Origin: Camelus dromedarius
Taxonomy: Eukaryota
Assembly: GCF_036321535.1 (NCBI RefSeq)
Contig: NC_087437.1
Coordinates: forward strand, 13,952,001-14,016,000
Reading direction: 5' to 3'
Length of the DNA stretch: 64,000 nt
Shown: one piece after another, positions 26,666 to 38,868 of the stretch
Layout: the number at the start of each line of letters is the position of its first letter
Numbering within the stretch: position 1 is the first letter of the stretch
The notes under the pieces: model-generated
What the model was told of the DNA's origin: nothing
Database searches by the model: none
The model's input: only the letters and a program-made list of their open reading frames with translations
Position numbers and translations under genes: made by a program

Positions 26666-26735
26666 TGGGGTGGGTATAGCTCAGTGGTAGAGTGCAAAGG
26701 TCCTGGGTTCAACCCCCAGTACCACTATTTAAAAA
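26666..26735 (+). mobile_element. tRNA-derived SINE (camelid Vic-1-like), internally deleted
   Basis: ggggtgggtatagctcagtggtagagtgc...gtcctgggttcaacccccagtacc with Pol III A and B boxes. Confidence 0.7.
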
Positions 26736-27299
26736 GTTTTTTAAATAATTCGCCACCTCTTTCAGTATAGCAGCACACTTAAATTCAAATATGCTCCTTC
26801 ATCTTTTTTTTTAGCATGATCAGAAGTGAAACTCTTAGTAAAATGGTTATTTCTGAACCAGAGTTGGAGCTGTCTATATGGAGAGGATGCTGTTTCTGAC
26901 AATTACAGAAGCTCTGAGAGAAGGATTCTGCCATCCCATTTCCAGCAACTGTATAGTTTTAAGGAGAAACCTAAATGTTCAGTGTAGAAACCTAAATAGA
27001 AGTGTGTCCTCCTAGGGCACATTCGTCACTCAGCTTTCCATAGACGGTAGGGATGACCCTAGTTGAAGGGATTGACAGGAGAGTGGTAACTATGTGAGCG
27101 AACCTGCACCCTTGCTCAGAACCAACAGCTACCAGGAGAGCAGAAGTGAGTAAGAAAGTAGACTCGGTCTTGGTTTGGTCAGTCAGAAACCCTGACATAC
27201 ATAAGGAGTTGTTATTTAAACCTATAGATTGAAAATAATTGAAAGATGTGATTGTTGTTGGATTTAATTAAACACACTGGCTGTGGAGATGATGAAGAG

Positions 27300-27510
27300 C
27301 CCGAGGTGTGTTGTTAGATGGTCCTGGATCTCAGTACTGGCTCCATCCCCGACTAGCTCTGTGGCCTGGAGTAGGACCGTGTGACTCTGCCTCCGTTGCC
27401 CCATAGAAAGATAACAGCATGAGGCCGAGGTGTTCATGAGTTTTGATAACTGTGGAATGCTTAGCCTAATGTCTGGTGTATGTTGAGTACTTAGGAATTA
27501 TTAGTTACTA
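27300..27510 (+). mobile_element. MIR SINE (degraded)
   Basis: ctggctccatcc...actagctctgtggcctgg...gcttagcctaatgtctggt...ttagttactat. Confidence 0.5.
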
Positions 27511-28221
27511 TCCTTAGCTTAGCAAGACTTTTAAAAAAATATTAATAGTGTGCCAAATATGTACATACATCTCTTTTCCACAGTCACATTTCCCTTTACT
27601 AGGATCTTTACTACATACGTAGTTTGCTTAAAAAATGAAATCCTTAAGAAGTAGCAACTTAGAAAGGGAAAAACGTAAACCATTTTCCTTCTATATCACT
27701 TTTTGAGTACATCCCAATTTCCATGTTCATTTAAGACGCATTATGTTATGATATATGTCTGCATATAATGGTATAAGTTACAGGTCTTTTATCCACAATA
27801 GAAAGTTCATGGCAGTCAGGCGTGTTAATTAGTAGGATTTTTAATATAACTGGAGAAAACATTTCACTAGTTCTGTATTCTCATGAATTATTGATGTTCT
27901 TTGATACTAACGTTTCTATAACATTATTTAAAAATTTCCAGTAGTATCTTTTGGGAGGTGATCTCTTACACCTGCGGTAGAAATGAGATGTGACGTTGCC
28001 CAGCGAAAGGCTGCTTAGATTAAGATACCACATTCTCAGAGTCCTTTAAACTCATGCCTTCCATCGAGATGGGGAGTTTGTTAGTTTTTTAGGATTTATG
28101 AGTCAATTTTCAAGTATCAGCACTTAGAACTGGTGGATCCCTAGTTTTTAACACCACATGATTACCGTGGACGTTTAAGACTTACCAGTATTTTATAGTT
28201 TGTTTGTTTTATTCCGTCCAG

Positions 28222-28401
28222 GGAGAAACTCTGGAAACTTTGACAATGGCCACAGTATGTCTCTTCAATGCACAGCCTCAGCTGGCTGATCAGGTCCCAC
28301 CATTGGGCCATCTTCCCAAAGTTCTCCAGGCAATGAATCATAGGAATAATGCCATTCCGAAGAGTGCCATTCGGGTTATCCATGCCCTGTCTGAAAACGA
28401 G
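28222..28401 (+). CDS. DNAJC13: DNAJC13 exon ([13 protein letters not shown]...HALSENE)
   Basis: tccag| acceptor, gag|gtatga donor; within ORF 28204-28407. Confidence 0.96.
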
Positions 28402-28704
28402 GTATGAAGAGTCCATTTAGTAGCTTATAGTTCTAGAATGGATCTGTTCTCTGTCTTCCTGGCAAACGTACATGCAGTATAAATCCTCTCCCTGCCGTGT
28501 GCCTTTCTCCATATGAACGGCATGGTATTATAACAGTTCTCAAACCAGTTTAAATGATACCATTAATAGACTGAATTTGACTCGGTTCATTATTAAACTT
28601 GAACTGAATGTAGGTTTTTCATATATTTTATGACTGTGGTATTTACCGTGTTGTATAAAATATTGCTCACTCTGCGAGTAACCTTTTCTTTTTGGGCACT
28701 TAAG

Positions 28705-28845
28705 CTGTGTGTTCGTGCCATGGCATCTTTGGAGACCATTGGCCCACTGATGAATGGAATGAAAAAGCGACCAGATACCGTCGGTCTAGCCTGTGAAGCA
28801 ATAAATCGAATGTTTCAGAAGGAGCAAAGTGAATTAGTAGCACAA
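28705..28845 (+). CDS. DNAJC13: DNAJC13 exon ([10 protein letters not shown]...SELVAQ)
   Basis: cttaag| acceptor, caa|gtaagt donor; within ORF 28630-28899. Confidence 0.95.
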
Positions 28846-29669
28846 GTAAGTGACTTTCTAGTTTTCTATTTTAGGGAAGCAAAAATACCAAACAAATAGA
28901 TTTTCATTTACTTATCACTGATCAGGTTTCCCTTAGGAACCCAGCTTAGGTTTGGCAGTGAGATAACTTGTGGGTTTGTGCATGCATGAGTTTGTATTTT
29001 ATACACACACATACAAGCACATGTGTGTGTGTGTGTACACACAGAGAGAGGTGGGCCAGCTGCCGAAAATCCTACCAATGTCAGAGTACTTTTGTGATGT
29101 CTGACTTTAAATTTTGGTCATCTACTAAGCATTTATCCTTAGCTTGCTATGTAAAATTTGCTTTATCCTCTTTGGAAAGATTCATGCTGTTTATTCATTC
29201 CTTTGTTCATAAGTCATGTTTAAGAAATATACCAAGGTTTTTGTTGTCCTTTTCAAAGAGGTTACCCACCGAATGAAAATAAGACTTGGTGGGTACCAGT
29301 GTAGAGTAGTAGCAGACACTGAGGGAACAAAAAACATAATTAATTTAAAAGCCTTGTGTAAGAGATCTTTCTAAACTATAACTCTTAAATATAACTGGAT
29401 TATTCTTCATCTTAAAAACCCTTCAGTGGTTCCGCATTACCTGCCAGATGGCAGAGTGACACCTTGGCTTGAGTACAGGGCCCTGCGTGTCTGTTATCTG
29501 GCCCTCCTGTTTTCCCAGCCCCGTTTCCTCCCACATCTTCTCTCCCCACTCGGCCCCACTCCCACCCCTCACTCAGGCAGGCTAGAGGTGCTGGCTAGTC
29601 TCCAGGAGATAATTGGGCGCTCTGAGGTTCACACTTACAGTCGGCTGGTGGGGAGACTGCCGCGTTGGC

Positions 29670-29830
29670 AAGAGCATGCGCTCGCCCTGCCACTTGGTGG
29701 CTCTGTGACCTCAGGCGTACAGGTGAGCCTTACAGTGTTCAGACTCCTCATCTGTGAAATGAAGCTACAGCTACCTCATCGGGTTGTCATGAGAGTAACA
29801 ACTGTAAAAATGAGACACACTCATTAAACA
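29670..29830 (+). mobile_element. MIR SINE
   Basis: ctgccacttggtggctctgtgacctcaggc...ctcatctgtgaaatgaag...tacctcatcgggttgtcatgag. Confidence 0.65.
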
Positions 29831-30066
29831 CTAATTTCTTCCATGTCTTCCCTTTGAGTTTCAGAGGGGACCGTGAAAATGGTGTGGTACCAGAGTATTA
29901 TGTAGCTTTTATTAGGCTGATAGGAAATGTATGGTGAATGCAAAGGTTGATGTTTAAGAAAATGTGAAAAAAAATTAAGATTCTTCAAATATTAACTGCC
30001 CATTAGTATATGTCATTAGAGGAGGGAGCCCAGTTTAGTGGCTAAAAGCTAAGGTTCAGATACAGA

Positions 30067-30209
30067 TTTTTTTTTTATTTTTTATTTTTGTTAGGGGAGA
30101 TAATTAGGTCTATTTGTTTGTTTATTTTTACAGGAGGTTCAGAGGATTGAACCCAGGACCTCATGCATGCTAAGCATGTGCTCTACCACTTGAGCTGTAC
30201 CCTCCCCCC
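30067..30209 (-). mobile_element. tRNA-derived SINE (camelid Vic-1-like) with TSD, nested in a MIR (~30025-30410)
   Basis: Reverse complement gggggagggtacagctcaagtggtagagcacatgcttagcatgcatgaggtcctgggttcaatc...A tail; TSD tcagatacaga (30056-30066) / tcagacacaga (30210-30220). Confidence 0.8.
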
Positions 30210-30558
30210 TCAGACACAGAATTCATTATTGTCTAGCTCTGTGACTATCAGCATGGTTTACCTCCGTGCATTGATTTTTCCATCAGTAATAATAATTGGG
30301 TCTGCACAATTAGGTGTTGGGAGGATTAAGTAAAACAATCAGTGTATACCATTTAGAATAGTTGATGGCACAGAATAAAATCTCATTAAATAAAAATATC
30401 ATTATAATTAGATATCAAACCCCACTGGTCCCACATCTGGCATTAAAATAAAGCAGGTTATCCTCTTCCAGGTATGGTCCTAGGGGGAAATTATTTCTTC
30501 ATAGGTGGTTTATATTTTTTCAAGCATGTATATATATATGCTTAATATTCTCTTCTAG

Positions 30559-30702
30559 GCCCTGAAAGCAGATTTGGTCCCATACCTCTTAAAATTACTT
30601 GAAGGCATTGGCCTTGAAAATCTGGACAGCCCAGCAGCCACAAAGGCTCAGATTGTTAAAGCTCTCAAGGCAATGACTCGAAGTCTGCAGCATGGAGAAC
30701 AG
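30559..30702 (+). CDS. DNAJC13: DNAJC13 exon ([15 protein letters not shown]...SLQHGEQ)
   Basis: ttctag| acceptor, cag|gtgagt donor; 144 nt. Confidence 0.96.
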
Positions 30703-31299
30703 GTGAGTCTGCGCAGACGCAGCTTTGACCTGCTGATCACCGCAAGGTATTCTCAAAGCCGGGAGTCTTCACCTTGGAGGAGCCATGCCCACCAACTCAG
30801 GTTCCACTTACAGCTGTGGTTCTGCTGGGATCTGGTTGGAGCAGATCCCAAGACCAAGGATGGACTAGCATAGCTGCCTCACAAAACACAAACTACATAC
30901 TCAGCTCGTCACCCAGGAAGATTGTTTTTTTTTTTTGGATACTGATAGCACGTTGGACGATTCTTCAGCATAGAAAAACGTTGAGCATTTAGTGCTGGTT
31001 AAGATTAATTGTCAGTTCTAGGAGTTGTGGAATGGCATGTACATTTATTAACCGTCCCATAATTCCATTTTAAAAGATACGGAACACCATTTAAGTTGCA
31101 TCTCTTTTTTTCTTTATTAGCCCTGGCACGGTGTTGTTTTCCTTTTTGTTTTGACTTAGATACACGTTAGTGTGTTTCAGGTGCATGCACGTGCTGAGTG
31201 AAGCCAGTTCGGTGATTTAATTTTCCTCCCTGGCTTTATTCTTAATGTTATCTCCCATTCACTGTAACTATGTAGCCCCATCTGCTCATGCACTCTTTT

Positions 31300-31730
31300 T
31301 TCTTTTTTTAAAGTAGAGGTAAAATTTACATAGCATAAAACTATTTTAAAGTGAACAGTTGATATTTAGTGCATTAACAGTGTTGTGTAACCACCACCTT
31401 ATCACCACCACCTTTCCCAAAAGGAAAATCTGTACCCATCAAGCGGTTATTTCCTATTTCTCCCTCCTCGCCAGCTTCTAGCAATCACCACTCTGTTTCC
31501 TATTAATTCATCCATTCTGGATATTCCATGTAAATTGAATCATACAGTATGTGACCTTTTGTGTCCAGCTTCTGTCACTTAACCGTGCTGTTGAGGTTCA
31601 TGTATGTAGTAGCATGTTACAGAATTTTATTCCTATTTAAGACTGAATAATATTCCATTGTATGTGTTTGCCATAGTTTGTTTACTCATTCATCCGTTGA
31701 CAGAGATTTGGACTGTTTCTACCTACTGAT
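31300..31730 (-). mobile_element. L1MB/L1MC-type 3' region
   Basis: gaggtaaaatttacatagcataaaa...gtaaccaccacc...attctggatattccatgtaaattgaatcatacagtatgtgacc...gaataatattccattgtatg. Confidence 0.75.
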
Positions 31731-32189
31731 GATCTTCTGTAAATTTAAATTGACTTAAAGCTTTCCTTTAATGAACCCACTGTGTCTGTATATTCCAACT
31801 AAAGAAACATTTTTTATGCTATTGTCCATTCTAGCAATATCATCATTTGAACTATTTAAAGTGATAGTAAAGAAGAGAGACAGCATGTGTTGCTGCAGCC
31901 ATTAACTGTGTGTTTAATGAAGTATTTTGGGGGTTCGCCTATGAATGTTCTGAATGCCAGGCAGAGGCTGACACTCCTGTGTACCATGTGGAAACAGTTG
32001 TCTTCTCTTTGACTTTCCTCTGGGTTCCTGTTGATGAAAATTAGCAAAAGCAATTTCGACACCCACCTTCCACTCCCAAGGGGAGGAAAGAAATACGATA
32101 GTTTACAAAACAGGAGTTTCACCACCTTCACAACTAATCACCTCCATCGTTGCTTCCTTCCAGGTTTGGGTTAGGGGGTCTCTTGGACC

Positions 32190-32358
32190 CATATGGTCCC
32201 CTGTGTCTCTACTCTGATGCTTACCCCTAAATTATCTGGCACTGTCTGTCTCCCCTACTAGACTGAAGGCCCTTCAGGGGCAGAGAATGTCTTTCTCATC
32301 TTTGTGTCCACTGTTCAGTCCACATACAAGGTGGTCAATAAATATTTGATCTGAATTT
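32190..32358 (+). mobile_element. L2 3' end
   Basis: ctactagactgaaggcccttcaggggcagagaatgtc...gtcaataaatatttgatctgaat. Confidence 0.7.
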
Positions 32359-32882
32359 GATACACGAAAGAGATCTTCTCAATTTGAATTTCGTAAACTT
32401 TTTTTAATCTGTTACAGAAAGAAACATGTCTTTCAGCTTAGCTCAGTACAATTACACACACAGTATTCACACCCTCGTGTGTGTGTCACGGAGCAGCTTT
32501 ACCCATTTTACAGCTGATGTGCTGATGCTTTCTATGTAACCTGTTTCATTTTCTCAAGTGTGTTGATCACAACCGTGATTTCATAAATCTTCTATTTTAA
32601 CAGGTCACACCCATAGTTTGAAAGAGTGCGTTAGCTTGAGTTTGCAGCAGGAATACTTCCTGAGTCCGCACCACACTGTCAGCCAGTTGTAGGGACTTTT
32701 TGGTCTGGTTTAACTATGAGTGCCTGGTGTCGAATGCTTGATGAGTGCTAGGTCTTGGTCCCTCTTTGGATCTTCCCTCAGCTGGCTTCTGTTTGTCTGG
32801 GAAGTTTGTGTTTTCTCGTTAGTTTCATCTACCAACATCCAGCCTTTAATTTATGTTCAAGGGGTTTGTTTTACTTCCCCAG

Positions 32883-32982
32883 GTGAATGAAATCCTGTCT
32901 CGTTCTTCAGTCTGGAGTGCCTTCAAAGATCAGAAACATGATTTGTTTATTTCTGAGTCACAAACAGCAGGATACCTCACAG
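32883..32982 (+). CDS. DNAJC13: DNAJC13 penultimate exon ([17 protein letters not shown]...TAGYLT)
   Basis: cccag| acceptor, g|gtaaac donor; within ORF 32853-33050. Confidence 0.96.
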
Positions 32983-35900
32983 GTAAACCGCACCCAGTTC
33001 TTTACAACATATGGCGGAAGCCACTTGGACCTTCCTTTTGCCCTGACTAGATCGAAGATGGCAGTCAGAGGGTTTTCCTAGGCCACCCAGTACCTGTCTC
33101 AGAGGTGCCGTGGGCACACGGTGGGCCTCTGGTTCTAGCCCGGACAGCAGGCGAGCTGCTGGGGTGTTGAATGTGTTCTGACTGAAACGTGGACTTTGCT
33201 CAGTTTTGACCCAGTTAATCAACATTGTCGTATGTTATATTTGGAGCATGGCTGTATTAAAATGTTTATCTTGAACATGGAAGAGTGGAGAAATAACTAC
33301 TCAGAAGAGGCAGTATCAGAAACGTGAGAGCGTCATTCTCTTGCTGTCAGAACTTCTGTTGAAGTTCCGAATGCGTATACTCACAAGTGAAATGCTTTTC
33401 TTCTATGTTTCCAGTGATTAATCTGTAGTTTTACTAAATATTTAGGCTTTGTCCTCTAGGAGGAAATGTGTGGGTACCGTAAAGGAAAGGATGTTTTACT
33501 GTCTAGAGCTCAAAAGAGAATACACTTTAGAAGCTTGGGACACTTGTCCATTTGACATACTAATTGCATAATAATTTTGGAATGCTCGTTTTCATGTTGG
33601 CTTCTGTTTGAAAAAGTCAAAGCATTCTGTTGCTGAATGCTGAAAATGACATCTAGTTTCTGGTGTAAACGTTTTCAATTTGAAATTAGCTTTAGGAATA
33701 TGAAGTGGTCCTTGCTGTCTGCCTGAAATTATACAAAAAAAAAAAACTCAGCCCTGTATCCTCTTCCAGCTAGAGATGTTGTAGGTGAACTGAGAGAAGA
33801 AATTATTACCCATTGTTTCTCATACCAGTGTAATTGTTTTTTAATCAATCCTGTTTTATAGAAGTTTATAAATTGTGAAGGCTCAATCTTGAATATTCAA
33901 AAATAGGGACTTTGTAGAAAGTTTTGCATGGTTTTAAGTTTAGGCTTGGTTGTGACATTACTGATTTTCCTTCACTGTGATGACTTTAATATTACCCCAC
34001 TAAAATTCATAAGCAGAGCCCTAAAATTTATGAACATGTGGTGCTGTGGCTGCTGGCCATGTGTGCACATCAGGAGTAGAGGGCCACACATGTCCTTTCT
34101 AACTTGCCCGTCCCCTGTCCTGTGGTCTCTGTGGTGAGAAATACCTAGAATGTGGCCTTAGTCTCTTCTGTATCTCCCTTTCAAATTCAGGGTAAAGCTG
34201 AAGCTTCTAAGTAGGAGTATGTTCTTATAAACACACTGAAGACTTACTTCTTTAGACTCTTTTTTCAAAGATTTACTCAATTCCACGTTTTTGAGGCACT
34301 ACACTCATTACTTTGTGTGTAAGAATGTTATGATTGGATAATCTTTTTTTTTTTTCTAGCTGAAAGTAAACTTCTTTAAAATTTGGCCCTGAAGAAGTTA
34401 AGATGTAGATTATAATCGTCCCTACAGGAGGTCCTCTTCTGATTCTCTGTGTTGTTCTTTGTACTTAGGTTAGCATTCATTGACTTCACTTGGAATAAAA
34501 GACTGCAGGTGGTCCTTGACTTACTCACAGGCTGTGGGTCAACGGATCTGTGGTTAGAATACAGGAAAAATACAGGGAGTAAACAGGTTCCTGTCTGTGC
34601 CTTCCCTTTACTTGGGTCCCTGGGGTGGCCTCTGGATGAGGTGTGGGAAGCAGCTGTGATGGGCTGTAAGGGATGAAGAAGGTTAGGGAAGAGGAAAGGG
34701 TTTATAAATTTCTTCACATCCTTGGTCCGGCTCAAGGGGCAGCAAGTTCTGTGTAAAGCCGTCAAGGGGAGACGGTGTAAATTCCAGCCTTAAAAGGGCC
34801 TGATGCGACTGTGGCCACTCTGAAGGTCACTGCTGAAGCCTGCAGAGACCGCAGCCAACATGGGACCACCTGGACTAGCTCTGAGCTGCGTGCTGGCTCC
34901 CAGATTGTCCAGTTCTTAGCACGTCATCGGTCTGGGGTGTTCTTTTGTTGAGTTGTGAAAGTACTGCCAGTTGAACTGGTGTGTATTTATTGCCTGGGTT
35001 GCCAAATGTTTTCTTTTTTGTATTTGAGCTTTTCCATTGATGTATTGTATGTCATGTGTTTAATCAAAGGGGCAGGTGCTTCTGGTAATGACAAAATCCC
35101 ACTATGTGGAACTCCGAGGAATGTGTACGATGTTGTGTTGAACTGGAATTTGAAATTTACCTCACCCTACCTTGAGAAGATTCAGATTGTACTAAGCCCC
35201 TTTCTAATCAATTTGCAAGTGGAATAAGGTGCTGTGAGAACACACATCATTACCAGCCCTTTTCTTCTGATAACGTGTGGGTGAGGTTGGCAAATAAGTG
35301 GAGTTTTGTTTAGGAGATGGGGAGAGATAAAAGTAAGTTAAAAACTATTTCAGAAAAAGATGGAAATGACCAAAAATGTATTTATGATTTTCTTCTTCCT
35401 GGCTGCTGAGCAAATGTCACTCAGTCACATTCAGGATCTGGGGTAAAAATAAAAACGTCTGAGGCAGGATTACTCAGTGTTGATAAATGGAGACTGGCTC
35501 TCTAAACTGGCGTATTGTTTTGTTTTATGGCAAGTGTGCATGTAAAAGTTCCTCAGTGGGATTTTACCCATGCTGCGAGTAAGCTGTGGCTCCTTGTTGT
35601 CCAGGGCCCTGTGAGGAAAGTTTCCCTAAGGTCAGTGTCAGTTTATTGTAGGACATTGCTGCTAAGAGAGGGCTTCCTTTTTTTGTTTTTCCCCACTGAG
35701 AGTCCTGTGTTCATTTTCACCAAAGCCCAGGCTCCTTCCGCTTCTCCATCCTGGCAGCAAGTTCTGTGCTGTGGGGGTCTCTGTTAATTTCTGTCTTTTC
35801 TCATCCCTCTTAAGCCCAGCAGCCTTACAGTGAGCCCCGTCCCCATTGCAGGGAGCCCCTACTCTTTCGTCCACCTTTCTCTGGAGAACGCACTGTCCCG

Positions 35901-36114
35901 TCCCATCCACCTGAGCAGACTAGCTTCCGGTCCCTAGACACCAGATGTGTCCTCACGGAGAGGCCAGGGGTGTGAGGGAGAGAGCACCTCAGACTTCATT
36001 TACAGAAATTCCAGCAATTGGTTATTTTTCCTAAAGAAGCAAATGGTGGGGCTAGAATTGGGACTCTTCTGGATAATCCTTCTAGGCCTGTCATTCATAA
36101 TTTAGATTTTAGCC

Positions 36115-36353
36115 CAGAGGTTCCCAGGCGTTCTCAGTTAACAGTGCCCTTAATATCTTAGTGATTTTTTTTTTCATCTACCTCTAGGCCAAAAGAAACA
36201 AATACTTAATGAAGTTTATTAAGTAGTTCAAACAACTTGAGAGTAGTTGTTTGTATGGCATCCAGCAGATGTCCCTGTGTCAAATTTACAGTATCCGGCA
36301 GGGCCCCCTGTGAACTTGGGGCAGGATGCCTCGGCACACAGTTTGAGAACCAC
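36115..36353. mobile_element. hAT-Charlie-type MITE (subfamily uncertain)
   Basis: Termini cagaggttccca...tttgagaaccaca; internal ctaggccaaaagaaa...tttattaagtagtt. Confidence 0.5.
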
Positions 36354-38036
36354 AGCCATACTCCATTCTCCATATGCAGCAGTCATGATCTGGTCTCATA
36401 ATCTATTCGTTTGATGTGAACCAAGCCGGGCCCACAGTCAGAAGTGCTCAGGAGCCTTACCAGTCTGGAGTGTTCAGGGCTTCATTCTGAAGGGTTGCCC
36501 TTGGTGCGACCTCCTCGGTAGTTCCCTAGCCGCCGTCCTGCTGCTGCGGTTCCGAGTGGGCAGGTCGGTGGGACGTGCTGTGGCAGTGTGGCGCAGCAGC
36601 TCTGACCCGCCTCGTCGGGGGGGGGGGGTGTTGACCTGGTGGCCCTCGCCTGAGCAGTCTGTGAAGGCCTGGTGTCCTGATCGCTGGAAAGCAGGGGCTG
36701 ATAGATGCAGGCCCACGCCGCCGCAAAAAGGGAAAACCCTTCGTCTGAGTTCAAAGGCCCGCGTGCCTGGGCACTCTGGTGGCGTGTTGCAGCTCACGCA
36801 AGCTGAGCTGTCCCCGGCCGCGTGTGACCACGCGCCAGATGCACGGTGTGCTCATTTCACATCCTCAGTGCAAGTGCCCAGTCTGAGGTGAAAAACAGGA
36901 TGAATCTGAATTCTGCCCCTTTTTCCTACATCAGTGCCTGTTAGACCTTAGCTTGCATTAAACTGCTCTGCTGTTTGCACCTCCTTACAACTTCCCTTGC
37001 TGCTTATATTTCTTTTCTCCCCTCAGGTGTCTCTCCTTCCCTTCTAACTGGCAGCAGTCCCCTTCACCTCAGGAGCGGGCTTTAGATCCGCTCTGCCAGG
37101 CAGCTTGCTAACTTCTGTGTAGCTCTCTGAAGCAGGTAGAGAACCGTTTTGCTACATGCATGCCGCGTCCACTGCCTTCCTAGTCCTAACCCTTCAGTGT
37201 TCCTTAGCTGTTTGCCTTGTTTCCTGTGATTTCACCTACAAGTATTGCTCAGTATGTGGTCTGATGCTACAGTGCAGTGCCCCCTACAGACACTCTGTAC
37301 GCTGTGCAATGTGAGATGTACTTAACGTCTCACTGGAGGGCTGAAGCCGTTTTAGGCTCATAGGATACATCTGGATGAATGCTGGCTGAGGTAATAGCCT
37401 TTTCAGGCACTGGGGACTCTTAGAATGAAAGAAGACGTATAAAACTAAAATACTGACACCTTTTCCACAGCATTCTGATTTTGACCTATGAAAGATGTCT
37501 AGAACCTGCCTTTTCTTTTTCACAGACCTGGGTGTAGCAACCCTGTTCATTTGGTGTTACTTGTTCTAACAGCATTTCTTTGCACCAAATGAGAATAGAT
37601 TAACTTGAATGTGGGTAGGTTTTTTGTTGGGAATTTCTTCAAGTATGACTTTTGGATGGGCTGACCAAGTCCAGTTTCTCTCCTCGGTTCCCATTTTTTC
37701 TCATTTGACATTAGCTATCCTTCAGCACCCAGGATTTTTTGAAAGATTGACCTCCCCAGATGTGAGAAGGGAAAGCTTTTCCGTATTTCCACACCAGTGT
37801 TACTGCCCAGCATACATTTTGAAATGACTTTTACCTTTGTTAAATAGTAGAGGCAAACCCTGAAAACAGTGCTGTGTTGTAGCTGTTGGTTAAGGCTTAG
37901 TTGTACACTTAGACAATCCTAAGAGATTATCAGTTCCTTGTGATGGGGTGCTTGACCCGGTCCTGACATTTTTGTAAAGATCAGTGTCTTCACATGACCC
38001 TGCTCTTCAGAAGGTGTGTCTCTTCCTCTCTTGCAG

Positions 38037-38143
38037 GCCCTGGAGTTGCTGGCTACCTTACTGCAGGGACATCCTCGTCGGTCATGTCTAACCTGCCGCC
38101 TCCCGTAGACCACGAGGCAGGCGACCTTGGCTTTCAGACTTGA
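38037..38143 (+). CDS. DNAJC13: DNAJC13 last coding exon ([11 protein letters not shown]...GDLGFQT*)
   Basis: ctcttgcag| acceptor; TGA at 38141-38143. Confidence 0.96.
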
Positions 38144-38868
38144 AACTTTCATGAGAGACGATAAATGCTGAAAGGCCAGTGCCCGATCCACATTCCTACA
38201 GCTGATAACGTTGAAACAGACTTACTGCCTTTCTCCTGGTTTCATGACAGTGTTATTCCTTTTTCTATAAATATATTTTTATTTAGGAAAGAAGTCAGTG
38301 ATTCTAATAGTATCACGGTATAAGAAAGCATTCTGTGGATCAACCTAAGTGGATACACAAGAATTTTTTTTCTTGATGTATGTAAGCACATTTTGTTCCT
38401 TTATATCTGTTTACAAGACTGTGAATCAAAAAGACAAAACTTTCTTCCTAGTTTTTATAATGTTTTTTTGAATTAGTGTGACTGTGGTGTTGCACTGCAG
38501 TCTACAGAAATCGGGAAATCTAAGCGACTACCCCTAAGAAGGGCATTTCCCTGTCCTGCCTCCAGTCCGCGTGGCTGTCTGCCCATCGGCGGACACAATT
38601 AGGTTTCGTCTCTGCACCTGTTCCCTGGTTTCCTCTCCTCAATCATTAACCTTCTGAGAGCTCACAGTACACGTCGGTATGTATAACTGGCTTTACCAAA
38701 TTGATTGAAAAAGGAGCTTGTGCAAAAAAAATTTAAAAACAGATGTCAAGATGTTATGTAAGAGATTAGTGTAATTGTGAAATGTTCTATACATTATCAA
38801 ATATATAAAGCTTTCTATATTGAATGTACATTATACAGATCATTCATATGTGTACATAAAATTTTAAA

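Noticed and set aside
26666..26735. tRNA gene
   Set aside because: Anticodon arm missing and A-rich tail present; it is a SINE.
29002..29040. (CA)n/(TG)n fold-back hairpin (similar one at ~32454-32488)
   Set aside because: Explained by adjacent simple dinucleotide repeats; no miRNA-like evidence.
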